61,480 nucleotides of DNA from the NCBI GenBank assembly GCA_038232935.1, contig JBBSMX010000005.1:1-61480 (forward strand), given 5' to 3'. The translations under genes were made by a program, and so were the position numbers. Shown piece after piece: positions 47,850-58,400 of this stretch. The DNA comes from Rhodothermales bacterium (GTDB taxonomy: Bacteria; Bacteroidota; Rhodothermia; Rhodothermales; JANQRZ01). Every line of letters begins with the position of its first letter. The stretch's first letter is position 1. The notes under the pieces are model-generated. The model did no database searches, was not told the origin of the DNA, and saw nothing but the letters and a program-made list of their open reading frames with translations.

Positions 47850-49117
47850 CAGGCGTTGTCGAGGGCGTCGCGGGTGACGGCGATCACGCGGTCGCACTCG
47901 GCCTCGTTGTTGAAGATGTGGGTCGAGATGCGCACGGCGTCGAGGCCGCGCTCGGTGACGATGCGGCAGCGCATGTGAGCCTCATCGTAGTGCTGGTTGA
48001 GCCGGTCGTAGGGCACGCGGTCGGTCTTCAGCGTCGTCATCCCGGCGCTGAGCGTGGGGTCGCTCGGGGTGAGGACCGTCACGCCAGGGATCGCGCGCAG
48101 GCCGCGCTGGAGGTACTGCCCGAGTTCGTGAGCGCGGGCCGCCACGCGGTCGATCCCGATCTCGTCGAGGAAGGCGACGGCCTCGGCGAGGCCGAGCAGT
48201 GAGGCCGTGTCGCGCGTGCCGGCCTCGTAGCGGCGGGCCGTCGGCGCATACTCGAACAGGTCGGGTAGGCGCGCCTCGCTCTCGCAGTACGCCCCCACCT
48301 CGGTCGGCCACACGGCGTCGAGGCGGTCTTCGCGGACGTAGAGCAGCCCGGTGCCGTGCGGGCCGCAGAGCCACTTGTGCCCGCTCGTCGCGTACGAGTC
48401 GCAGCCGATAGCGTGGAGGTCGAACGGGACCTGCCCCGCCGACTGCGCACCGTCGATATGGAACCAGAGGTCCCGCTCGCGTGCAAGCTTGGCAATCTCA
48501 TCGACGGGCATCAGAATCCCGGTCGGCGCGGTGAGGTGGCTGACCTGGATGACGCGCGTGCGCGGGGTGATGAGTGCGGCGATGCGCTCGAGGTTGCCCG
48601 CCGCGCTCGTCGGATCGGGCTCGAAGATCTTGACGCGGATGCCGTCGTGCTTCTGGCGGCTCATCCACGCGAAGGCCCCGCCCGGATGTGCGTGCGACTC
48701 GAAGATGACCTCGTCGCCGGGCCGGAAGTCGAGCCCGCAGGCGATCGTGGAGTTGCCCTCCGTCGCGTTCCGCGTGAACGCGATCTCCTCCGCCTTCGCC
48801 CCGAAGAAGGCCGCAACCGGCCCGCGAATCTCTTCCAGCTGCTCGTGCCCGTGCTCGACGATGGTCTGCTGCTCCGTCCGCGCCCGCTCGGCGGCGTCGA
48901 GGACCGGGTACGGCGCCGGGCCGAGGCCGCCTGTGTTGAGGTACGCGCGTTCCCGCGTCATCGGGTAGAGGTCGCGCACGAGGTCCCAGAAGTCGGCGCG
49001 GTCGGGCGACGGCAGCGTAGCGACCTGCCGCGCTGCGGCGGAGCGCACGAAGGGTGCGGCGGCGAGGCCGAGCCCCGCCTGCGCCGCACGTTGCAGGAAA
49101 TATCGCCGTCCTCTCAT
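47849..49117 (-). CDS. Tat-exported aminotransferase class V PLP enzyme (isopenicillin N epimerase/PvdN-like)
   Basis: RRYFL Tat motif; YLNTG, TRNATEG, DGAQS, SGHKW (PLP Lys) and VRIS.H..N; no RxGxHC desulfurase motif. Confidence 0.8.
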   Translation of the reverse strand: MRGRRYFLQRAAQAGLGLAAAPFVRSAAARQVATLPSPDRADFWDLVRDLYPMTRERAYLNTGGLGPAPYPVLDAAERARTEQQTIVEHGHEQLEEIRGPVAAFFGAKAEEIAFTRNATEGNSTIACGLDFRPGDEVIFESHAHPGGAFAWMSRQKHDGIRVKIFEPDPTSAAGNLERIAALITPRTRVIQVSHLTAPTGILMPVDEIAKLARERDLWFHIDGAQSAGQVPFDLHAIGCDSYATSGHKWLCGPHGTGLLYVREDRLDAVWPTEVGAYCESEARLPDLFEYAPTARRYEAGTRDTASLLGLAEAVAFLDEIGIDRVAARAHELGQYLQRGLRAIPGVTVLTPSDPTLSAGMTTLKTDRVPYDRLNQHYDEAHMRCRIVTERGLDAVRISTHIFNNEAECDRVIAVTRDALDNA

Positions 49118-49125
49118 GGTCTCCC

Positions 49126-50010
49126 TCACGGTTCTCGGTCCATCCTCAGTTGTACGAACGTCAGCGCGGCGATGAGCAGCAGGAGCACAACGGCAGCAGC
49201 CGACGCGTAGCCCATGTCATCGTACTGGATGCCTTGCTCGTAGATGTGGTAAACAATCGTCCGCGTCGCGTTAACCGGCCCGCCCTGCGTCATCGCGAGG
49301 ACGATCGTGAACACCTGGAACGAGCGGATCACCGCCGTGATGCTGACGAGCACGACGATGGGGCGGAGCTGTGGCAGCGTGATGTAGAAGAACTTCTGGA
49401 CGTTGTTCGCGCCGTCGAGGCTGGAGGCCTCGTACAGCTCCTCTGGGATGCCCTGCAATGCGGCGGAGAAGAGGATGAGGTCGAAGCCGAGGTTCTTCCA
49501 GATCGTCAGCACCATCAGCGACGGGAGCGCGAGGTGCTCGCTGAGCAGCCACGCCTGCGCGTCCAGCCCGACGAACGTCATGATGAAGTTGATGAGTCCG
49601 TTCGAGGCGTAGAGCCAGCGCCAGATCATCGCCGTCGCCATGAGCGAGGTCACGACGGGGATGAAGTAGAGCGTGCGGTAGAGCCCGGCCCACCGCCCTG
49701 TCTGCTCGACGAGCACGGCGACGACGAGCGCGAGCGCGACCCCGATCGCAACACACCCAGCGACGAAGAGGAGCGTATTCCACAGGGCCGAGATGAACAG
49801 CGGGTCCTGGAACTGGCGGATGTAGTTGTCCAGCCCGACGAACGGCGTCTCCCGCCGCAGCAGCCCGTAGTCGGCGAAGCTGATGGCGAGGCTTTTGAGG
49901 ATGGGGTAGTACTGGAAGACGACGAAGAACAGCAGCGTCGGCGCGAGGAGGACGTAGGCCGTCCGCGCTTCCAGATTCATCCGCCGCGGGGCGAGGCTAA
50001 GCGTCGTCAT
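49126..50010 (-). CDS. Carbohydrate ABC permease (MalF type)
   Basis: FVGLDNY, LYFIPVV, NGLIN, and IPEELYEASSLDGAN EAA loop. Confidence 0.9.
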   Translation of the reverse strand: MTTLSLAPRRMNLEARTAYVLLAPTLLFFVVFQYYPILKSLAISFADYGLLRRETPFVGLDNYIRQFQDPLFISALWNTLLFVAGCVAIGVALALVVAVLVEQTGRWAGLYRTLYFIPVVTSLMATAMIWRWLYASNGLINFIMTFVGLDAQAWLLSEHLALPSLMVLTIWKNLGFDLILFSAALQGIPEELYEASSLDGANNVQKFFYITLPQLRPIVVLVSITAVIRSFQVFTIVLAMTQGGPVNATRTIVYHIYEQGIQYDDMGYASAAAVVLLLLIAALTFVQLRMDREP

Positions 50011-51574
50011 AGCGCACCTCCACCGTGCTCTCGCCCCGCACCGAGCGCCGGGCGTCGACGTACACGCTGTCCTCGACGCGGACGGTGTCGAACGCCATGC
50101 CGTTGCCGTCCCACGTCACGCACTCGGGCCGCGTGTCCGGCGGGAGGAGGAGGTGGAGCTCCACATCGGCCTCCTCGCTTTCCAATTGCATCCGAAAGGT
50201 CCGGTCGTCCGCGTCGTGCGTGTACCGGTAGCCGAAGGACGCGCCCGATGCCGCGTACCCAACGCGGATCGATGCCTCAGCCTCATTCGCCGCGATCCAC
50301 CGTGGGGAGCAGCGCACGTGCCGGAACGAGTGCCCCAGGTCTTCGATCCCGCACAGCCCTTCGACGAAGGCGTAGAGCATCGCGGAAGAGCCCCAGCCGT
50401 CGGTCGGCAGCGCGTCGGGGCTCGTGCTCGTATCAACCGTCGAGGCTGTGCCGTCGGGGAAGTACCACAGATACGTCTCCCCGCTCTCCGCGATGAGGGT
50501 ACGGTACTGCTGGAGGATCCCGACGCCGTAACCTTCGAGGCCGTGCTCGAACGCCGCCCGCGCCAGCTCGCCGCCGACGAGCGGCAGGATCCCGCCGTTG
50601 ATGTACGCGCCGGCAATAATTTTCTCGTCGCCGAACGCGCCACCCGGGAACGGCGGATCGATGCTGAACCACTCGGCGAACGCCCCCGCCGTCTCGCGGC
50701 GGCGCTGGTATTCCCGCAGAATCGCCACGGCGATCTCATGCGTGGCGAGGCCGCGATTGACGTCCATCGGGTTGCTGAGGCTGAGCTGCTCGGCCTCGTC
50801 GAGCCCGTCGATGGAGACGGGCGTGAGCTTGTGGAAGTGGGTGTAGAACCGTCCGTTGAAGAGGAGCGTGTTGGCCCGCTCGCGCATCGCCTCGGCATGG
50901 TCCCGCCACCCCTCCGCGTCGTCGTCACGACCGAGGTGCTCGTGCAGCCGCCCGAGCAAGTGCATCGCCTCGTAGAGTCCGCTGACGTCGCCGTGCATGA
51001 TACCCCAGAAGGTGTCGGGGGTGACCTGGAAGTTGAGCCACGGCGCGCGCCCCGCCGTGTAATCGAAATCCCACGTGTCGATGGTGTAGGCGCGCTTAGG
51101 GAGGTTGTGGGTCGGGTCCCAGCGCCACGGATGGTCGAGGGTGTAGGTGAGCGCCCGGTCGAGGTGCGGCAGCAGGCGCTCGATCCACACGTCGTCCCCG
51201 CTGGCCTGCCACGCGAGGTACGCTGCCTTCACGAACCGGTACTCCACGTCGGCCTCGACGGGCACGCGCACCCACTTCTCCCAGTTCTCGGGCTCGGTGT
51301 TCGCCTCCGTCGTGACGTAGTCGAAGACGCGGCCGTTCGCGGCCTGATGATCGGCGAAGGCCTCCACGGCGCTCTGCACGTCGGCTTCGACGTACTTCCC
51401 GCCGCGCAGGATGTCCGAGTGGTCGCGGATCCAGAGGGCCGGTGAATCCGGGCTTCGGAATCCGCGCACCACCTCGCCATCAACCTGCAGCGCGACGAGG
51501 TCGGCCAGCAGGAAGGTTTCGATCTGTGAGCAAAGAGGGCTCCACTGTCCCGATTCGGTCTCTACGTGTAGCAA
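49997..51574 (-). CDS. Six-hairpin glycosidase-like protein (start uncertain)
   Basis: WIRDH, EADVE, W..SGD..W, DTWDF, YINGG and DGWG..A motifs plus a C-terminal beta-sandwich (RCSPRW); TTG start, with an out-of-frame ATG at 51614. Confidence 0.6.
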   Translation of the reverse strand: MLHVETESGQWSPLCSQIETFLLADLVALQVDGEVVRGFRSPDSPALWIRDHSDILRGGKYVEADVQSAVEAFADHQAANGRVFDYVTTEANTEPENWEKWVRVPVEADVEYRFVKAAYLAWQASGDDVWIERLLPHLDRALTYTLDHPWRWDPTHNLPKRAYTIDTWDFDYTAGRAPWLNFQVTPDTFWGIMHGDVSGLYEAMHLLGRLHEHLGRDDDAEGWRDHAEAMRERANTLLFNGRFYTHFHKLTPVSIDGLDEAEQLSLSNPMDVNRGLATHEIAVAILREYQRRRETAGAFAEWFSIDPPFPGGAFGDEKIIAGAYINGGILPLVGGELARAAFEHGLEGYGVGILQQYRTLIAESGETYLWYFPDGTASTVDTSTSPDALPTDGWGSSAMLYAFVEGLCGIEDLGHSFRHVRCSPRWIAANEAEASIRVGYAASGASFGYRYTHDADDRTFRMQLESEEADVELHLLLPPDTRPECVTWDGNGMAFDTVRVEDSVYVDARRSVRGESTVEVRYDDA

Positions 51575-51621
51575 CGTGCGCTCTTCGGTCGGCAGTGGCG
51601 AAGGGTGGAAACATGGTCACT

Positions 51622-51726
51622 CCGCTCCTCGCGGGAAGCGGGGGCGGGGAGGGAGACGATCCCGCCCGCTGCGACGGCGGCGGATGCTCCCTCCCCCCGA
51701 CCCGCTCCCCCTACGTGGAGGGCGAG
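51622..51726. repeat. GC-rich intergenic inverted repeat (REP-like hairpin)
   Basis: GCGGGGGCGGGAGGGAG pairs with CTCCCTCCCCCCGACCCGC. Confidence 0.45.
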
Positions 51727-51742
51727 AGAACCGGACGGCTCC

Positions 51743-52753
51743 TTAGAGCCCTACGCGCAGACTGATGCGGTGGACGTCGTTGAGCAGGTCCATCTTCGTG
51801 AAGGCGTAGTCGAGCCCGACGGCGTATCCCGAGAGTTCGTACTGGATGCCTCCACCCAGGGAAAAGCTTTCGATGGTCGTATCGATAGACTCCCGCCCTT
51901 CCGTGCCGCCGTCGTCGGTGCCGCTGTAGTTGAACTTGTAGCCGCCGCGCAGGAACAGCAGGTCGTAGAAGGAGACCTCCGCCCCGCCGTAGATCAACTG
52001 CTGGGAGTCCTGGGGCTTGACGGTATCCACGGCGAGCATCACGCGCGTCTGCTCTGTGTTGACGGGGTAGAAGGACGTGCCGATGGAGAAGTTCAGCGGC
52101 AGCGGGTTATTCTGGTTGTAGAAGGACATCGCGGTCCCGAGGTTGTTGAGCCGGGCCGCGATCTGCCAGCCAGCGAGCCCGACGCGGTAGACCGATCCGA
52201 AGTCAAAGGCAACCGCGCTCGCGCCCACGCCGTCAATCGACTCGTTGATAACCTTGAACGTGGTGCCGAGCGCGAGGCGGTCGAAGAAGTACCGGGCGTA
52301 GGAGACGTTGAAGGCGAGGTCGAGGAAGTTGTACGTGTCCGAGGTGTTCGTGTCCGTCACGAGATCCTGGAGGATAGGGTCGAGGTAGCCGTTCTGCCGG
52401 TTGGCCGGGATGTCTGAGACCCCGAACGCCTGGATACCGGCCGTGACCGTCCCGGCGTTGCCGAGGTTGTACCCGACGGCCGCCGACGTGTAGTTCAGGT
52501 CCGCGATCCAACTGCTGTAGGAGAAGGCCGCGCTGACTTTCTGCGTCGCGTTGAGCGCGGTGCCGGCCGGGTTCCAGAAGATCTGGTTGGCGTCGTTGGT
52601 GAGGGAGCTGACGGCGGAGCCGAGGGCTACCTCGCGCGCGCCTACACCGATCTCCAAGAAGGCGGCACCGTTGCGCCCCGCCTTCCGCTGCGCCTGGGCG
52701 GGCATCGCGATCAGCCCGGCCAAGACGAGTACGAGTAGGAGTCCTCTTTTCAT
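51743..52753 (-). CDS. PorV/PorQ-family outer-membrane beta-barrel
   Basis: Signal peptide; FL.IGVGAR..ALG.A, D.N..FWNPAG, A.D.G, G.E......L.LRGGY and DYA.......HRIS motifs; start 52753. Confidence 0.82.
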   Translation of the reverse strand: MKRGLLLVLVLAGLIAMPAQAQRKAGRNGAAFLEIGVGAREVALGSAVSSLTNDANQIFWNPAGTALNATQKVSAAFSYSSWIADLNYTSAAVGYNLGNAGTVTAGIQAFGVSDIPANRQNGYLDPILQDLVTDTNTSDTYNFLDLAFNVSYARYFFDRLALGTTFKVINESIDGVGASAVAFDFGSVYRVGLAGWQIAARLNNLGTAMSFYNQNNPLPLNFSIGTSFYPVNTEQTRVMLAVDTVKPQDSQQLIYGGAEVSFYDLLFLRGGYKFNYSGTDDGGTEGRESIDTTIESFSLGGGIQYELSGYAVGLDYAFTKMDLLNDVHRISLRVGL

Positions 52754-52787
52754 AGCGGTATCCGTTGGGTTGCCAGGTGCGCGTGGG

Positions 52788-55424
52788 CTAGCGGAGGATG
52801 GCGAAGTGGCCCATGACCTCGCGGTCTGAGTACTTGACGTGGTAGATGTAGAGTCCACTCGCTACCTCCACCCCGTCTTTGGAGAACAGGTCCCATTCCC
52901 CCTGGCCGTTCACCGCGCCCTCGACGATCGTCTGGTAGACGATCTGACCGGAGACGTCGAGGATGGTCAGGGTGTAGTCTTCCGGCAGGTTCAAGAAGTA
53001 GACCTTGTGGCTGGCCGCGTCGTTGCGGACGTCGTTGAGGCCGGTGATCTTGTAGGGATTGGGCGTCACCGTGATCAGGCTTTCCACCTGTTCCACGGCG
53101 GCCACCGGCGGCACCACCGTGTACGGCGCCCCGATGTTCTTGTAGGCCTGGGTGCCCGGCGACGGGAAGAGCGAGTTCAAATTGGCGAAGGGGTAGGTCC
53201 CGGCCCACTGGCTCCCCAGCCCGATCGTGCCATTCGGCGCGTCGGGGGCGTTGCGCCCATTGCGGTTCATGTTGGCCGACTCGATGTGACCGCCTTCGAC
53301 CACGCCTTGAGGCCCGACGAACGAGCCGTCCTTGTAGGCCGCGACGTAGTACCAGTACGTGAAGCCGGCGATCGCCGAGGTGTCTTCGAGCGCGAACTGA
53401 TACCCGCCGGTCTCGTCCCGATACTGCGCCAGATCGCCGACGGGGACCTTCGTGAGCAGGTCGTACGTGCCCCACTCGGCCGGCTGGTACGAGCCCTGGG
53501 TGTCGCCGACGAAGATGTCGAACGCGTCGAAGTTCGGGTTTATCGGGTCCAATAGCGCATCCGGGACCGGCCCGACCTCGTGCTGCTCTTGGTAGCGATC
53601 CGTGAGGCGCATGCCGACCTCCTGGTAGCTCGTGCGCTTGTACTGCGAGGCCCGCCAGATCTTGTAGCCGTCGATCGGGCGGATGCCGGACACATCCGAC
53701 CAGCGGATGAGCGCCGTCCCGTCCGTCGTGCTCTCGAGGTTCATATCCGGCACCGCCGGGACCGGCAGCTCGTTCTCGATCTCCCATCCCCGGCTCCAGG
53801 CCCAGCGGGACGACTCGACCGCATCGGTGAGGCCCTCTAACCGGAAGCCGGCCGCCGCTACCCACACGACGGTGATGGACTCACCCACGGCGAGGCTGAA
53901 GGGGCCGATCCCCTCGGTCAGTGCCTGACCGAAGGTGTACTCCCGAGCGAAGCCGATCATCCCGCTGTAGAAGTCGCCGCTGGCCGCACTGGGGTTCCAG
54001 GCCGGCTCCCACACCGGCTGGACGTTCTCGATGTTGGCGACGCCGACGTCCTGCGAGCCGTACTTGAAGTCCCCGTTCGGGCGGGCATCCGGGTTGCCCA
54101 CGACGAAGGTCGTAATGTCGTCCGGAGTGCCTCCGGAGAAGAACGCCGGGTTGGGCGACAGGTCGGCCGGCACGCCGGCGCCGTTGGAGAGCTTGCCGTA
54201 GTCAGCGTACCAGGTGGCTGTCGCGTTGCGGAACGCGAGGTCGGAGGCACTGATGCTCTCCAGCGCCGCCTGCCACTGGACCGACGCGTACCAGCCCCGC
54301 CTGCTGCCGGTGCCAACGGAGGGCGTCCCGAACACCGTCTGCTTATCCGGGGAGTTGGCCGTGATGGCGCCGAGGTCGTTGTCAGAGATGGCTCCCTGCT
54401 TCACCCCGAGGAAGGACCACCCGTTCCAGATGTCGGTGTAGCCGTTGAGCTGGTTCGTATTGTTGATGCCGAAGGCTCGTGCGCCGGGCGCGGGCACCGT
54501 GCGGTTGGTGGTCTGCGTGGGAGGCACGTTGGCGTACCAGGCCCAGATGTCGTAGGGCGCGCCGGTTTCGTCCGGTGCCGCCACGTAGCCGAAGGTCCGC
54601 CCGGCCGCGAGGCAGTTACACCCCCGGTCGCCGGCCGCGCTGATCTGGATCGAGGGGGAGATCGTCGCGTCCAGCATCATCCCCACGCCGTCGATCACAT
54701 TGTTCTGGGCCTCCGGCGTGCCGTCCGCGTTGGTGTCGACGACGCCCGTGTTCGTCATCGTGAGTTCGATCACGGTGAAGTCGTTGAGGTTCTGCGTGTT
54801 CGGGCTGAACTGGTGGGCGCGCACCTTGAAGTCGATGCCGGCGGTGGTCGGCCAACCGGCCTCATAGATGAGGTGGGTCCGGCTCGCGTCGGTGTAGTGC
54901 GCCGGGGTCTTGTAATCCCGAGCCGGATCGCCTGCGCCGGGCACGTTGACGCCGTAGCTGGCAAACATGAACCGACTCGTTCCTCCTTGCCCCCCCATGT
55001 CGGTACCCGCATCCGCTGCACGGACGGGGTTGCCCGCGCCATAGCCCGGCCAGCCGTCCGCTTTGAAGACGGGGAACACCATGAAGTGGGAGTTGCGGAA
55101 CGTGTTCGTATACGGGTAGCCGGAAGGCCAGAGCCCTGTCGGTTCCTGCCAGTTGCCGCGTGAGCCGAACAGGACCCGGTTGTTCATGCCGCCGGCCACG
55201 TTCGCGAACGGACTACCGAGGCGGCTCGACTCGCTGGTATTCGACGGCTTCAGGGTGTTCCACAGGTCGGCCCCGACCAGGTACCCGTCGCCCGGCTCCA
55301 GGGTGGATTGGCTTTTGAACTGGAGCGCCTCGGAGGGCCGGTCCCTCTTCTGGGCAGCGGCAGGCATCGCCACGCTTCCTATCAGCATCAGCGAGAGCAA
55401 CCCGTATAGAAAGACGTTTTTCAT
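52788..55424 (-). CDS. Large secreted protein with FN3-like region and T9SS-type C-terminal sorting domain
   Basis: Signal peptide; W..GYKIWR...Y.Y.V.AY (FN3-like); terminal V.PNPY...F.NLP...I.D.SG..V...WDL....G..VASGLYIYHV.....G.F..LR. Confidence 0.75.
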   Translation of the reverse strand: MKNVFLYGLLSLMLIGSVAMPAAAQKRDRPSEALQFKSQSTLEPGDGYLVGADLWNTLKPSNTSESSRLGSPFANVAGGMNNRVLFGSRGNWQEPTGLWPSGYPYTNTFRNSHFMVFPVFKADGWPGYGAGNPVRAADAGTDMGGQGGTSRFMFASYGVNVPGAGDPARDYKTPAHYTDASRTHLIYEAGWPTTAGIDFKVRAHQFSPNTQNLNDFTVIELTMTNTGVVDTNADGTPEAQNNVIDGVGMMLDATISPSIQISAAGDRGCNCLAAGRTFGYVAAPDETGAPYDIWAWYANVPPTQTTNRTVPAPGARAFGINNTNQLNGYTDIWNGWSFLGVKQGAISDNDLGAITANSPDKQTVFGTPSVGTGSRRGWYASVQWQAALESISASDLAFRNATATWYADYGKLSNGAGVPADLSPNPAFFSGGTPDDITTFVVGNPDARPNGDFKYGSQDVGVANIENVQPVWEPAWNPSAASGDFYSGMIGFAREYTFGQALTEGIGPFSLAVGESITVVWVAAAGFRLEGLTDAVESSRWAWSRGWEIENELPVPAVPDMNLESTTDGTALIRWSDVSGIRPIDGYKIWRASQYKRTSYQEVGMRLTDRYQEQHEVGPVPDALLDPINPNFDAFDIFVGDTQGSYQPAEWGTYDLLTKVPVGDLAQYRDETGGYQFALEDTSAIAGFTYWYYVAAYKDGSFVGPQGVVEGGHIESANMNRNGRNAPDAPNGTIGLGSQWAGTYPFANLNSLFPSPGTQAYKNIGAPYTVVPPVAAVEQVESLITVTPNPYKITGLNDVRNDAASHKVYFLNLPEDYTLTILDVSGQIVYQTIVEGAVNGQGEWDLFSKDGVEVASGLYIYHVKYSDREVMGHFAILR

Positions 55425-55469
55425 AGCAAGACCAGGTCGAGATGGAGGAGAACGGCGGGGGTAGTTCGG

Positions 55470-58400
55470 CTAGAAGCGCAGGCGCGTACCGAAGTAGACG
55501 TTGCGGGCCGGCCCGTAGAGGGCCGTGCCGTCCTTGAGGATGAGGCGCTGCCCCGGCTCTCCCGTTTCTTCGAAGATGCGCGGGCCGTCGGTGGTGAAGT
55601 TCTCGTAGGCGACGATGTTCTGGCGGTTCGTCAGGTTCGTCACGTCCACGTACGCGTCCACGCCATAGCGTCCCGCGAACGTGAACCGCTTCTCCAGCCG
55701 CAGGTCGATCTGGTAGTTGGTCGGGCCCGTGAGCAGTTGACGGTCGCGGTCGTCGGCTCCGATGACCTTGGGGTAGAGGAAGCCGCTCTCGAGGTTGCCC
55801 GTCAGGCCGGCGGAGAACTCGTAGGGCAGCAAGGCTACGGAGCGCAGCACGAAACGGTGGGTGCGGTCGTAGCCGCCCGTGAGGACCGAGTTTCCGCCAC
55901 GCACCTGCTGCGGATAGTTCCGGAAGTCCTCGGCATTCCCGAACGGGAGGGTCGTCATGGTGCCCGCAGCGGTCGTATCCGTGAACAGCGTCGTGTTGGC
56001 CCCGGCGAAGTTGGCCTGCTCCACCGACGAGAAGGTGTAGGATGCGGTCAGGCCGAGCCTGAAGTCTTTCGCCAACTCTAGGGGGTTCCGCCGCAGAACG
56101 AGTTCAATCCCGCGCACGTCGGCGTAGCCGGCGCTGGTGGCGAAGGTGTGGGTGTTGCCCACCAGCGTCTGCTCGCCCTCGCGGTTCCGGTTCGTCGCCT
56201 GGAGGTTGGCTTGGCCGTAGTTCTCGATGCTGCGCATGTACGCGTTCGCGTCGAGGCCCCAGCCGGGGGAGAACTCCCACTGCACGCCGAGCTCATAGTT
56301 GTTCGACGTGATCGGGGCGCGCTCGGGGTCTTGGTAGGTGAAGAAGATGTTGTTGGAGCTGTTGCCGTCGTAGAACTGGTAGAGCGTCGTGAAGGGGACG
56401 AGCTGCTGGGTCCGTGCGTAGGAGAAGTACATCGCTGCGGTCTCCCCGATCGGGTGCGAGACGCCGATGCTCGGGTTTAAGAACACGTCGGTGCCGACCT
56501 TGTCGCCGCGCTCGAAGTTGTTGCGCGCCAGCAGCCGGGGGATCTCGTTCCCGTTCTCGTCGAGCATGGGCACCACGGTGACGTTCCCGGACTCGTCGGT
56601 GACCGATTGGTAGACGATGCCGGCCTGCACCGTGTCGCGGACGAAGGGGTGGAAGAAGTCCACGATCTTCTCCATGTCCCGGTTGGCGAATTCAGCGCGC
56701 AGGCCCAGGTTCACGATGAGCCCGGCGTACTCCATGCGGTCCGACGCGTAGAGGGCGAGGTTCCAGGGATTGCGCTCCCAATCCTGCAGCTGGAACGGCT
56801 CCAGAGCCCCGTTGAGCTTCGAGCCGGTCTGGTCGAGCCCGTAGACCTGCTGGTAGTCGAAGCCGTAGAGCTTCAGTTCCGTCCCCGTCTGGAGGTAGTG
56901 GTTGCGGGTGAGCTGGTTGCTGTAGTCCACCTTGAACCCGTTCGTCGCCTGCCGCGCGTCCTCCGAGTACGGCTGCGGGCGGGCCGCCTTGTAGCGGTTT
57001 CCGGCCGGCAAGACGATGCCGGTGTCGGAGAAGCCGTCCGAGATGTTCTCGTAGAACATCTTCGACTTGTCGGTGCCGGTGCCGATGTACTTCGCGATGT
57101 TGAAGGGGTCCGTGAAGTCGATGAAGTCCCCGTTCTCCCCTACATCGGTGAAGCCGTTGCCGTCGTCGTCCACGTACCCGTACCGGCTCCGCTGATAGGT
57201 CCGGTAGGCCTGCACGTCCAAGAAGGACGTCGGCGACAGGATCTGCGTCAGCTTGAGGGAGCCGAGGTAGCTGCCGCCGTCGTTCTGCGCGACACCTTCG
57301 AGGTAGAAGCGCCAGAAGTCGTTGTAGCTCGTGTTATTCCAGTTGCCCCAGAGCCCGCGGTCCTCCACGATGCCGATGGCGCTCAGGCGCGTGTTCTTGG
57401 AGATCTCGTAGGTCGTCTTGAGCTGGCCGTTGAGCCGGCGGCGAAACTCGTTCGGTTCGTAGCCGTGCGTCTGGAACCACTGCCCGGTGAAGTAGAACCC
57501 CCAGGCGTCCGTGATCGAGCCGCCGACGGACGCCCGCGCGTCGACCTCCGGGTCCCCGCTGCTGTACTTGTCCGGGGTCCACGTGAAGAGCGGGGCGGCC
57601 GGATCGGCGTTGGCGATTCGCTGGTCGCGCTCGGTGAAATACTCCGCAGCGTCCTCGTAGAAACCGAGCGAGTCGGGGCCGGGGCGGTTGATCTGCGGCG
57701 AGATGCGGAAGGAGCCCGACCCGCGGATGGGACCCCGCCCTTCTGAAAGCGTTACCGCCACCACGCCCCCTGAGGCCGCCCCGTACCTCGCCTCCGTCGC
57801 CCCGGTGTTGACCGTCACCTCTTCGACGCCCTCCGGGTTGATATTAAAGAGACTGGGGTTGGTCTGGTTGGCCCGGTTCGTGTTGTCGTAAACGAGGCCG
57901 GAATAGGACTGCCCGGTCCCGTTCGGAGCGATCTGGTTGAGCGCATCGCTCACGTCGATGCCATCGATGACCGTCCGGGTTTCGTAGCGGCGGCTGCCTC
58001 GGATGAAGCCCTCGTAGGAGTTGGATGTCCGCGAGATCACGTCCTGCAGACTCGTCACGGGCAGGCGCTCGATCTCATCGCCCGTCACGATGGACCGCGA
58101 CGTGGTCTGGTTAGCGTCGACCACGGGGCGCTCCGCCACCACCACCACCTCTCCGCCCTCGACCACGGCCGTGCTGAGTTCGACGTCGAGATTCGTCGTG
58201 ATGTCAGAGACGACGCGGATGTCGATCACCTGCGTCGTATACCCCACGAAGGAAACCCGCGCGGTGTAGGACCCCGGCGTAACGCCCACGACCACGTAAT
58301 ACCCGTCCGCGCCGGTGGAGGCACCGAGCTGCGTGCCTTCGAGTACCACCGTAGCTCCGGGCAGCGGGGATCCGTCGGCGGCGTCCGTGACAGTACCGGA

